Positions 47,953 through 57,139 of a DNA stretch of 63,278 nucleotides are shown here, piece after piece. The stretch is from Candidatus Woesearchaeota archaeon (GTDB lineage: Archaea > Nanobdellota > Nanobdellia > Woesearchaeales > GW2011-AR4). Each line of letters starts with the position of its first letter. Position 1 is the stretch's first letter. The position numbers and the translations under genes were made by a program. The notes under the pieces were generated by a model. It saw only the letters and a program-made list of their open reading frames with translations, searched no databases and was not told the DNA's origin. Where the stretch lies: positions 1 through 63,278 of the forward strand of contig JAGVXV010000011.1 in assembly GCA_018303625.1 (NCBI GenBank), given 5' to 3'.

Positions 47953-48594
47953 TTGATTAAATACAAAATGAAAATATACGACATTTCGATGGAAATCAAT
48001 GAAAATATAGTTGTCTGGAAAAACAAGGAAAACAAAAGACCTAAATTCATGATTACTGCCGCGTACGACAAGGACGGCATGAACGAGTCAAGAATTGACA
48101 TGGATCTGCATACAGGGACGCATGCAGATTCCTATTTTCATATGCTCGCAAATGGCAACAAAATCAATGAAATGGCTTTGGACAAATTCATCGGGAGCTG
48201 CATTGTCCTGGATTTTACATCAATCAAAGACAAGATAACAATAAGCGATTTAAAAAAATTAAATAAAAGAATAAAAAAAAGGGATATTGTTTTGTTGAAA
48301 ACCAAGAAAAAGCCGGCTAAAGAATTCGACTTTAATTTTACTTATCTGGAAAAATCAGGGGCAGAATTCCTTGCGAACAAAAAAGTCAAGGCGGTCGGCA
48401 TAGACTCAGTTGGAGTTGAAAGAAGCCAGGCAGGTCATGAAACGCATAAAATTTTATTCAAGAAAAATATTCCTATAATTGAAGGCCTCGAGCTTTCAAA
48501 AATAAAGCCAGGAAGATATTTTTTCATCGGTCTGCCCTTAAAAATAAAAAATGGCGATGCTTCTCCCATAAGGGCTGTTTTGGCTAGGTTTTAG
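47953..48594 (+). CDS. Cyclase-family metal-dependent hydrolase (KynB-like)
   Basis: DLHTGTHADS motif, VGIDSVGV, HKILF..IIEGL, GDASPIRA. Confidence 0.9.
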   Translation: MIKYKMKIYDISMEINENIVVWKNKENKRPKFMITAAYDKDGMNESRIDMDLHTGTHADSYFHMLANGNKINEMALDKFIGSCIVLDFTSIKDKITISDLKKLNKRIKKRDIVLLKTKKKPAKEFDFNFTYLEKSGAEFLANKKVKAVGIDSVGVERSQAGHETHKILFKKNIPIIEGLELSKIKPGRYFFIGLPLKIKNGDASPIRAVLARF

Positions 48595-48621
48595 CCGCTT
48601 GGCTATCAGCACGGTAATTAA

Positions 48622-48775
48622 TGGGCCCAGCCAGACATCCGCACGAGCGCCACCCCAAACGAGCGAAGCGAGTTTGACGCTTCTTTCCCGAGTGTGACGC
48701 AACTTTTCGAACTGGCGACCTTCTCCCTTTTCCAAAGCTGTGAAGGAGACGTCATAGCCGCTAGACCATGGGCCC
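48622..48775 (-). tRNA. tRNA-Val(CAC) with two introns (37/38, about 11 nt; T-loop about 59/60, about 70 nt)
   Basis: Acceptor GGGCCCA/TGGGCCC, anticodon stem TCTCC/GGAGA, CAC at 48742-48740, T-stem GCCAG/CTGGC. Inserts at about 48728-48738 and 48636-48705. Confidence 0.88.
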
Positions 48776-48830
48776 TTAAAGCAGGGATAAAGGGAAATAT
48801 TTTAAAATACTTTCTTTCTTAAGGTCTATA

Positions 48831-50030
48831 ATGAGGTCTTTAAACGATTATAAGGGGATAACTGGGGAAAAAGAAGTGCAAAAAATATACGAGGAATCAT
48901 CCCCACTGGAAAACAAGCATGTAGAGCACATAAACTCGACATTTTACGGCGGCGGCGTTGCTGAAATTTTAAGCAGCCTTGTTCTTTTGATGAATGATGT
49001 GGGTATAACAACTGGCTGGCGTTTGCTGAAGGGCCATCCAGATTTTTTTAATGCTACAAAAAGGTTTCATAATGCGCTTCAAGGCTCAAGCATTGTTTTG
49101 GGAGAAAATACAAAAAAAATCTACCTGGAAACAAATGAGACGAATTCAATCTTTATGCATATAGGCCTTGCGGATGCAATTATAGTGCATGACCCGCATC
49201 CGCTGCCTTTGATAAATTTTTACGAGAAGAAACAGCCCTGGATTTGGCGCTGCCATATAGACTTAAGCAACCCAAACCCGGGACTTTGGGAATATTTAAA
49301 GCAGTTTATACTAAAATATGATTCGGCAATTGTTTCAATAGAAAAATACAAAAAGCAGGATTTGACTTTGCCGCATTACATAATTCCGCCTTCGATAGAC
49401 CCTTTAACCAATAAAAATAAATTAATTCCTGACTATGTTGTTAAGAAATACATTTCTAAATTTGGAATAGATTCCGATAAGCCGATAATAAGCCAGATTT
49501 CAAGATTTGACAAGTGGAAGGATCCTTTAGGGGTTATTAAGGCATTTGAAATAATCCAAAAAGAAGTTGATTGCAAGCTTGTATTGCTCGGGAGCATGGC
49601 AACTGACGATCCTGAAGGTCATATAATATTTGAAAATTTACTTAAAAAAGTCAAGGGCAATCCCAATATACACTTAATAAATCATGCAGATGATTTCCTT
49701 GTAAATTGCCTGCAAAGGGCCTCTGATATTGTGATACAAAAATCTATAAAAGAGGGTTTTGGCCTAACTGTAACAGAAGCTTTGTGGAAAGGGAAGCCTG
49801 TTGTTGCCGGAAATGTGGGCGGCATTCCGCTGCAATTAATAGACGGGAAAAATGGCTATTTGGTAAACAGCATAAGGGAATGCGCTGACAGGACAGTCAA
49901 TCTTTTAAAAAATCCCAAGCTTAGGGAGGAGATGGGGAAATTCGGCGTAGAGCATGTAAGAAGAAATTTCCTAATAACAAGGCACCTTATGGATTATATT
50001 AGGCTCCTGAAAGACCAGCTAAAAGCATGA
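48831..50030 (+). CDS. treT: TreT-type trehalose synthase (GT4)
   Basis: HINSTFYGGGVAEIL, TKRFHNALQG, VHDPHP, WRCHID, SRFDKWKDP, QKSIKEGFGLTVTEALWK. Confidence 0.93.
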   Translation: MRSLNDYKGITGEKEVQKIYEESSPLENKHVEHINSTFYGGGVAEILSSLVLLMNDVGITTGWRLLKGHPDFFNATKRFHNALQGSSIVLGENTKKIYLETNETNSIFMHIGLADAIIVHDPHPLPLINFYEKKQPWIWRCHIDLSNPNPGLWEYLKQFILKYDSAIVSIEKYKKQDLTLPHYIIPPSIDPLTNKNKLIPDYVVKKYISKFGIDSDKPIISQISRFDKWKDPLGVIKAFEIIQKEVDCKLVLLGSMATDDPEGHIIFENLLKKVKGNPNIHLINHADDFLVNCLQRASDIVIQKSIKEGFGLTVTEALWKGKPVVAGNVGGIPLQLIDGKNGYLVNSIRECADRTVNLLKNPKLREEMGKFGVEHVRRNFLITRHLMDYIRLLKDQLKA

Positions 50031-50065
50031 AATCCTAGCGAATAATCTTAAATATATTTTTGAGC

Positions 50066-51100
50066 TTATTTCGCCTGATACACTTTTCTCACAGGCCAGG
50101 AAATCTCTATCTTTTCCTTATCGTAACTTTCCTTAAGCGCCTTTATGAATTCATGTATGACAAGATACCGGTCAACAAACTTTTCAACCCTCAAAATCAC
50201 CGTAAAATTAATGTTTGAGTCGCCGAAAGTATGGTACCTTATAAAAGGCTCGAATGTCTTTACCGCTCCCGGCACTGTTTTCTGTATTTTCCCTGCAACG
50301 TCTATTGTAACCTTCTCGACCTTTTTCAAGTCTGATCCGTAAGAAACGCCGCATTGCACCATAACCGACATTTCAGGCTCTGGCAGGGAATTATTTGTAA
50401 TTGTGCTTTCAGCAAGCTTCGAATTCGGAACAATCACAATGGTGTTTGGCAATGTCCTGATCCTTGTTGACCTCCACCCTATATCCTCAACATACCCTGA
50501 GATATTGCCCTCAAGCTCTATAAAGTCGCCAACATTTATCGGCCTGTCGGAGATAATATGCAAGCCGGCAAAAAAGTTTGAGAGCGTGTTCTGCAGGGCA
50601 AGCCCCACTGCCAGGCCTCCCAGCCCCAATGTCGCGACTAATGGCGTAACTTCGACTTGAAAGTGATTTAGAATAATCAATATGGCAATCAGGTAAATCA
50701 CCACGGAAATAATCCTGTTGATCAGCCTTGGCGTTTTCTCGAATCTTTTCTGCACTTTAAGCCAGCGGCTTATAAGCACGGAAAAAACTCTTGATGCAGT
50801 CAATGATGCCAGCAGTACAATAACCACAAAAAATATCTTGCCTATCAACAAAGTATATATGTCCAATATGGACAGGGATTTTAAGGCGAAGTACATGCCC
50901 AAAACAATAATGAAAGCATACAAAGGCTTCGTGACTATTTCAAGAATGATCTCATCAATGTCTGTCTTTGTTTTTTCAGTAAGCTTGTGCACATAATTCT
51001 TGAGGAAGAAATGTAAAATCTTGGCAAATATTATGGAGCCTGCAAAAATCAGGAGAAACTGGAAATACTCATTTTGAATCAGGGCTTCGATTGCCACCAT
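50066..51100 (-). CDS. mscS: Small-conductance mechanosensitive channel
   Basis: GLGGLAVGLALQNTLSNFFAG, INVGDFI, VEDIGWRST, VPNSKL, GVSYGSD. Confidence 0.95.
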   Translation of the reverse strand: MVAIEALIQNEYFQFLLIFAGSIIFAKILHFFLKNYVHKLTEKTKTDIDEIILEIVTKPLYAFIIVLGMYFALKSLSILDIYTLLIGKIFFVVIVLLASLTASRVFSVLISRWLKVQKRFEKTPRLINRIISVVIYLIAILIILNHFQVEVTPLVATLGLGGLAVGLALQNTLSNFFAGLHIISDRPINVGDFIELEGNISGYVEDIGWRSTRIRTLPNTIVIVPNSKLAESTITNNSLPEPEMSVMVQCGVSYGSDLKKVEKVTIDVAGKIQKTVPGAVKTFEPFIRYHTFGDSNINFTVILRVEKFVDRYLVIHEFIKALKESYDKEKIEISWPVRKVYQAK

Positions 51101-51210
51101 AAATATTTGGCGGTAACAGATACTATAAAAATCTTATTATTATCGTATTCTAAAAAAGCAAAAAGTTTAAATAAACTCTATGCGTGTTAAAATATGTAAA
51201 ATAAATCTGT

Positions 51211-51873
51211 GTGGTCAAATTGGTAATGAAATTAAGGGGCTTAAAAGAGGATTTTGAGGAAGAGGCAAACAAGAGCTTGAATTTCCCTAAGCTGCTGTTT
51301 TCTTCTATGCTTACCTCCGCAGAGCTCTACCTTTCAAATAACATTCCTAAAATAAAAAAAGCAATTAGAAGGACAAAAAGCACTCCAGTTAATTTATTAA
51401 AAAGAATAAAAAATATTCAGACAATAGCAAAATCCGGAGGGATAGAAAAATTGCTCGTTTTCCCCTCATTTCAAAATATTATGCCTTTTAATAAAAAATT
51501 ACAAAGTTCCAAAAGTGATTCTAAAATTTTAAGGTACAACCCAAAAATAAATGAAAATTCAGCTAAAAAGGCTTTAAGGCACTTGTACGCAGGTTTTTTA
51601 GGCTATAATCTCAAAGGCTATGATGCAAATAAGAGGGATTATAAGGCAATAAACAAGAACAAAGTAGCGGGGTTTGTAAAATACAGCATGGAAAAGTACC
51701 TGAAGGTTTTCCAGTATGTTTTGGCAATGGCAATGCCGCAATGGAACATGCCATGGGGAAGCAAGAATGACTATGACACCCTAGCCCATACCGTAAGCCC
51801 AAACAGCTCTGTTGATGACGAAAGCTTAAAGTACAATTTTGCATATTCTTCATTAAGGTACAGGATTTACTAG
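51211..51873 (+). CDS. Hypothetical basic protein
   Basis: 220 aa ORF; no motif recognised. Confidence 0.55.
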   Translation: MVKLVMKLRGLKEDFEEEANKSLNFPKLLFSSMLTSAELYLSNNIPKIKKAIRRTKSTPVNLLKRIKNIQTIAKSGGIEKLLVFPSFQNIMPFNKKLQSSKSDSKILRYNPKINENSAKKALRHLYAGFLGYNLKGYDANKRDYKAINKNKVAGFVKYSMEKYLKVFQYVLAMAMPQWNMPWGSKNDYDTLAHTVSPNSSVDDESLKYNFAYSSLRYRIY

Positions 51874-51883
51874 CCGTTTTTTA

Positions 51884-52522
51884 TTAAATAGCATTAGCAT
51901 TTTCCAGATCTTCTTTGGCTTTATTGGCATGCCTGTGCGCAAGATGCAGCGGCTCTGGAAGCTTATGCGGGAATTTTATGCATTTTTTTACAATTTCCAT
52001 GCTGGTTTTTAATGAAATCTTATGGCCTGGGCTGACATAAATCGGCTTTGAATGCTCTCTTGCCCTTAGCTCATAGCCTCTTGCCTCCTTTTCCATGTAA
52101 ATAGTTCCTTCTTTCACTTCGCCGCCTATCAGGCTTTTTGCAACGCCTATTGTTGCGGTGTCAAGCAAAATGCCAATGTGGGAAGCCATTCCGAACCTTC
52201 TAGGATGCAAAATTCCGTTGCCGTCAACAATCAAGATGTCGGGCTTGTTTTCCAGCTTGCTGAAAGCTTCTATTATTGCCGGGCCTTCCCTGTAGAACAA
52301 AAATCCGGGGATATAAGGGATTTTGGCTCTGGCAACAGCGTATTTTTTTTCTATTGACATTAGCTCCTTGTAGCTGCAAACAGCAATTCCTGAAATGACG
52401 TCCTCGCCGATAAAAGCCTGGTCAACTCCGGCAATAGTTTCTATTTTATCAAAAGCATCGCTTATAATAACCTTTTTTGCCAGCTTTACCTGCTCCTCTT
52501 TTATTTTGTTAATGTCAATCAT
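51884..52522 (-). CDS. nfi: Endonuclease V
   Basis: AGVDQAF, PYIPGFLFYRE, IVDGNGILHPRRFGMASHIG, TIGVAKS, VSPGH, KLPEP. Confidence 0.95.
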   Translation of the reverse strand: MIDINKIKEEQVKLAKKVIISDAFDKIETIAGVDQAFIGEDVISGIAVCSYKELMSIEKKYAVARAKIPYIPGFLFYREGPAIIEAFSKLENKPDILIVDGNGILHPRRFGMASHIGILLDTATIGVAKSLIGGEVKEGTIYMEKEARGYELRAREHSKPIYVSPGHKISLKTSMEIVKKCIKFPHKLPEPLHLAHRHANKAKEDLENANAI

Positions 52523-52803
52523 TCTATTTTTTAAAGGATTAATGTTTTTAAATTTAATTATTTTTTATTGAAATTTTAATATGCCTACGGCGTATTCTAG
52601 GCTCGCTCATTGGCTCGCAATATAATCTGATTCTTGCGCTATTTTTATTTATGCGAACTTAAGAATAAATAATAAGGCACAGCAAAAATGCCGTGCCTTT
52701 GACCTCTTTTCCCTGAGCATGAGAGTAGGCCCCCCCAAAGTTTATACGTGGGGGTGGTTTGAGAAGAATTCACTCTGGGGGGCCCTTAAAGCATAAAAGC
52801 GAA

Positions 52804-53205
52804 TTATTTCTTTGCGGGTTTTCTCATTTCCTTGAGCCATAACAGCCCTATTCTTATCATCTCCTTGTTGAATTTGTCGCTGATTTTGTATGTTTTCTTG
52901 TAAAGATCGTAATCAATAAGCCCCATGCTTTTCATAGGCGTCAGTATCCTGTCATAAAACTGCCTTTTGTTGTAGCTTACCTTCACTTTCTTTCCCTTGT
53001 ATGGCGCCTCTTCAATCAGGTCTGTTATCAAGTCGCCTTCATGCAGCCTTGTCGCAAACAAGCTCATTTCTGTTTTGTTGATTTCTCCGCCATTCCCTTT
53101 TATCATTTCTATCAGCAGCTTAGCTACAATAATCTGCTGCTTAGTCGCGAAAATAACCTCATAAATGTCTTCAGGCAGGTTGAACCTGTCAAATAAAATA
53201 ACCAT
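52804..53205 (-). CDS. Conserved hypothetical winged-helix-like protein
   Basis: SYNKRQFYDRILTPMKSMGLIDYDLYKKTYKIS resembles a wHTH wing. Confidence 0.65.
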   Translation of the reverse strand: MVILFDRFNLPEDIYEVIFATKQQIIVAKLLIEMIKGNGGEINKTEMSLFATRLHEGDLITDLIEEAPYKGKKVKVSYNKRQFYDRILTPMKSMGLIDYDLYKKTYKISDKFNKEMIRIGLLWLKEMRKPAKK

Positions 53206-53364
53206 TTAAGCTGTTAAAGTAGAACTCCTATATAAATGTTACGTTTTTGTATACTGGTATATGAAAAGATATAGAAATCGAGGTGATATTTGATGAAATT
53301 TATAATCACTCTTAGGTAACAAAAATAGAAAAGTTTAAATACTTATATAGAAAAATTATTAACT

Positions 53365-54132
53365 ATGGGTTCAAGAATAGCCACTATGGATTTAGGCGCT
53401 TATGTGCACGGAAATCGTGTAACAGATGAGGGATTAGCTTTGCTTGCAGATGTTTTTAGGAGTACGGTAATTTCTTACGCATCTGGAAAATATCTTCCAA
53501 TAAAATTTTCAGGAGTTGGAAGCACAGGCATAACGCACCGGAATGGAACTTCACCTTTTTTGGGAATAGTAACACTATATAACGAATTTCTGGGAATGGA
53601 GCGCTATGGCAGAGGCGTTCAAGGATTAAGTGAGATTAATCAAAGGGAAGTTGATGGAAATAATCCTGCTTTTAGGGTTAGTGAAGCGGCAAGAGTTTTG
53701 TTAAAAGATCCGGTAATAGACGCATATATTTGCGGGCTTGTTTCAGGTGCGGATACAGTTTATCCTTCACATTTTTATGCAAATCCCAGAATTAGGGAAG
53801 AGTCAGAATTGGCGGTTGCAAGCGCCGGGGCATTTGGAAGAAAAACAAGCAAGGAATTAAAGGACATAGAAGATGGATTGCTAGGCGCTATGAGATATGC
53901 AGAGCCTTTCACTTTCCATGAAAGCGCGCTAAGCCTTTATCAGCGCTCAAAATCAGCAGACGCCGCTTTAGCAGACGCCCCTCCATTGAACACCGGGGAT
54001 TTTCGCCATCCGAAAAGATTTGAGTTGTTTGAGCATAGATTATTTGAGGCAATAAGAAAAGGAAATTTCGCTATTCCTAACGACAAGAGACATGAGCCAT
54101 TAAATATGTTCCTTAGAAAGTTCGTAGAATGA
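53365..54132 (+). CDS. Hypothetical protein
   Basis: 255 aa ORF with an upstream TATA-like element; no motif recognised. Confidence 0.65.
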   Translation: MGSRIATMDLGAYVHGNRVTDEGLALLADVFRSTVISYASGKYLPIKFSGVGSTGITHRNGTSPFLGIVTLYNEFLGMERYGRGVQGLSEINQREVDGNNPAFRVSEAARVLLKDPVIDAYICGLVSGADTVYPSHFYANPRIREESELAVASAGAFGRKTSKELKDIEDGLLGAMRYAEPFTFHESALSLYQRSKSADAALADAPPLNTGDFRHPKRFELFEHRLFEAIRKGNFAIPNDKRHEPLNMFLRKFVE

Positions 54133-54140
54133 ATCTTTTT

Positions 54141-54369
54141 TTATTTGATTCTGAAAAACTCTTCAACACTCTTCTCGTACATCTTTGTATCCTTGAATTT
54201 AATGTCTTTTTTCATAGGCCTGCCACACCATAGGGCTTCCCCGGTCAGGCTTAAAGTGCTTTCAAAGGTGCTCGCAATTGATGGCAACCTACTCTTGGGA
54301 CAGAGCCTTGTCAACAGGGTTAAGTAAAGTTCTGTGTGTTGCAGTCTAATCTTGAATATTTGGCATCAT
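54141..54369 (-). pseudogene. Probable decayed small gene
   Basis: One frame reads MMPNIQD*TATHRTLLNPVDKALSQE*VAINCEHL*KHFKPDRGSPMVWQAYEK, then a +1 shift in an A-run to DIKFKDTKMYEKSVEEFFRIK*. Family not recognised. Confidence 0.3.
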
Positions 54370-54444
54370 TCATTTTGTCACTTAATCTTACTTAACCTGT
54401 CAACAGAAACCTTTTTATAGAATTTTTAGTATATATTTAATAGG

Positions 54445-55536
54445 ATGGCATCTTTTAAAATCCGGGACATAATTGAAAACCTGAGCCCTGTTCTTATCGG
54501 CCAGAACTCAGCTTCAATTTCCATTGGCCTGTCAAAAAGGTTTTTCATATTCCAGCTTCTGAAAAAGCTTACACAAAAAATAGAGGACGACCCCTACCTG
54601 AATTTCATAAGCGTTCTGAAGAATTACAAGATTCTGGGGAGTTTTCTCAATGGAACTCTTTACGAGCTGCATAGGGACAGGAATAATTCTTACATGAGGA
54701 ATTTTTTTATTGATAAGGGATTATATGCTATGGTGAAGGCGGACATAGAATGGCTGTATTCCAGAGGCGCAAAATATAGGGAAATAATGCTGACGATAAC
54801 CAAAAGGGGAGTAATCATCTATGATAACTACAAAAAAAACAGCTTCAATGTGCTCCTGACAACAATACATTCAGGCACATGGATGCGCAGGGATATACAG
54901 GCCAAACAGTCGATAGCAATGGAAAAAAGGCTGCTTGAAGAAGATATAGACACCCATAAGATATACAGCAGCCTTGTCCTGAAAAAAGGAGGCATATGGA
55001 TAGACAACAAGGCCTCAAGGTTTGCATGCGACTACAACCGCACTCCTGAAAGGGCGATTTACTCCAACCGCTCGGAAAAATGGATAAAAGATGTCTGGAA
55101 AGAGCCCCTTTCTGAAAAGCAGAGAAGGTGGCTTATGGAAGGCTACAACGAATTCTACTTCACTCTTGGCAGGCTCATAGAAGCTTACCGCTTTAACATA
55201 ATATTTGACGGCCATTCCATGAAAGATGCCAAAGGGCGCCCTGAATTCAGTTTTGGCACAAAGTACATTCCTAAGTTTTACATGCCCGTAGTAAGAAGCA
55301 TGCAGCATAAGCTTTCAAGGATGAACTACGGCCAGGTTGCCCTGAACACGCCCTACAGCGGCGGCCATATCCTCCAGTGGCTTAACAATAAATTCCAGGA
55401 TATATTCATATGCTCTATGGAGGTCAACAAAAAGGTTTATATGACAAAAAACCGGAAAAAAGTCATAGCAAAGAGGCTTGAGCAGATATCGAAGGACATA
55501 ACGCAGATTTTTGATATAGGCGATGAGTTGCCTTGA
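54445..55536 (+). CDS. N-formylglutamate amidohydrolase-family protein with N-terminal extension
   Basis: TTIHSG, EEDIDT, SRFACDYNR, YNEFY, IFDGHSM, PYSGGHI, MEVNK. Confidence 0.8.
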   Translation: MASFKIRDIIENLSPVLIGQNSASISIGLSKRFFIFQLLKKLTQKIEDDPYLNFISVLKNYKILGSFLNGTLYELHRDRNNSYMRNFFIDKGLYAMVKADIEWLYSRGAKYREIMLTITKRGVIIYDNYKKNSFNVLLTTIHSGTWMRRDIQAKQSIAMEKRLLEEDIDTHKIYSSLVLKKGGIWIDNKASRFACDYNRTPERAIYSNRSEKWIKDVWKEPLSEKQRRWLMEGYNEFYFTLGRLIEAYRFNIIFDGHSMKDAKGRPEFSFGTKYIPKFYMPVVRSMQHKLSRMNYGQVALNTPYSGGHILQWLNNKFQDIFICSMEVNKKVYMTKNRKKVIAKRLEQISKDITQIFDIGDELP

Positions 55537-55609
55537 GGCGTTTAAAGGCACAAATGCCCGAATTACCGCAACTTATTAAAGGGATGGGGATTTCTTATTT
55601 TAGGGTAAA

Positions 55610-56977
55610 ATGGCTGTTAAACAAGAGGGTAAGGCTGTAAGGGCCGCCGAGCCGGTTCTAAAAAATCTTACTTTTGGAGTAGAGTTTGAGGCATTCACGC
55701 TGGATTCAAAAGGATATATGGCCAGCGGCTCTGAAAAGCTGATCAAGAGAGTAAAAGAGACAAATCAAAATATAGCAATTGTCAAGGAATGCGGCCAGAA
55801 TATGCTGGAGATAAACAGTTTTCCGCATACAAATATACAGAATAACATGCTTAAGGTCATCGAGGATTTTGAGGCAGTCCTGCATTGCGCTGAAAAAGAT
55901 GGCCTGGCAATTTATGCTTACGGGACATATCCCGGGTCATTCAAGCCGGAAATGCGCCAGGATAAGAGGTATGCAATCCAGGAGCAAATTCTCGGAAAGA
56001 CACGTTTTCTGCATGCAGCAAGATGCGTGGGGCTGCACTGCCATTGTTCACTGCCTTGGGGAGTATTTGACTCAAAGCTCAGGATAATAAAAAACCTTGT
56101 AAACTCAAAAAACAAGCAGTGTATGGTGAATACCTATAACTTGTTCATAGCAATCGACCCTGCCCTTACAACATTTGCCCAGTCATCTCCATTCTACCAG
56201 GGCAAATTCCTTGGAAAAGACTCGAGGGTGATAGTTTATAGGGGTGGTGATGCTTTGAAATATCCTCATGGGCTTTATACCAATTACCCTGATTTTGGGA
56301 TGCTCCAACCTTACAAATCCACAGGGACAGACCTGCTCCAGATAATCTCGAAGCGTTTCGATAGCTGGTCAAGCATCCTTAAGAACCTGGATGTCAACCT
56401 AAAAGTGCTCCTTAAGCACGGTTCTATACTTGATACAACATGGAATCCTATAAAGATAAGCTCCCACGGCACAATAGAGCAGAGAGGCATGGATATGAAT
56501 CATCCGTCCATTGTAGTAGCAATAGCAACTGCCGTAAAATACATATCAAAAGAGTTGCAGGACAAATTTGTCCAGGTAATGCCTTCAGATATAGGGGTAA
56601 CAGAGCCCTTTAAAAGGGAAGGCAATGTTATCCACATCCCTCCACATACTCACATCCGTTTTGAGCTCCAGCCGAAATCAGCCTATAAGGGCCTTGAAGA
56701 TAATGCCGTTTATGCATACTGTTCAGGCATCCTCAAGCTTGCAAAATCATGCATTCCCAAGGACAGGCTTGTGCTGATAGAGCCTCTCGGCAGGATGCTT
56801 AAGGAGAGAAAGACCGTTTCAGACCATATACTTAGCCAGGCAAAAAAGATGGGAATCGACATAAAAAAAGTGACCAATAAGCAGGCTGCAGAGTTGGCAT
56901 TGAGGTATTCAAGGGAACTTTTCAAAGACATAATCCTGACAAAGCAGGTGCTTAAGAGCCTGAGCAGTGATTTATAA
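55610..56977 (+). CDS. Glutamate--cysteine ligase family 2 (GCS2) carboxylate-amine ligase
   Basis: TFGVEFE, MLEINS, GLHCH, SSPFYQG, GTIEQRGMD. Confidence 0.8.
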   Translation: MAVKQEGKAVRAAEPVLKNLTFGVEFEAFTLDSKGYMASGSEKLIKRVKETNQNIAIVKECGQNMLEINSFPHTNIQNNMLKVIEDFEAVLHCAEKDGLAIYAYGTYPGSFKPEMRQDKRYAIQEQILGKTRFLHAARCVGLHCHCSLPWGVFDSKLRIIKNLVNSKNKQCMVNTYNLFIAIDPALTTFAQSSPFYQGKFLGKDSRVIVYRGGDALKYPHGLYTNYPDFGMLQPYKSTGTDLLQIISKRFDSWSSILKNLDVNLKVLLKHGSILDTTWNPIKISSHGTIEQRGMDMNHPSIVVAIATAVKYISKELQDKFVQVMPSDIGVTEPFKREGNVIHIPPHTHIRFELQPKSAYKGLEDNAVYAYCSGILKLAKSCIPKDRLVLIEPLGRMLKERKTVSDHILSQAKKMGIDIKKVTNKQAAELALRYSRELFKDIILTKQVLKSLSSDL

Positions 56978-57139
56978 GCGGAAATATTTTACAACGGCTT
57001 TATGGGTATTTTTTAATTAATAATTTTTCTTATTTATGCTCCATTGACAGCTTGGTATGACAATAGTATACGCTCAATAAAAACATTGGCAATAAGCAAT
57101 TCATGTCCGAACAGGATTTTTTGGCTTTATCCAGCTTGC

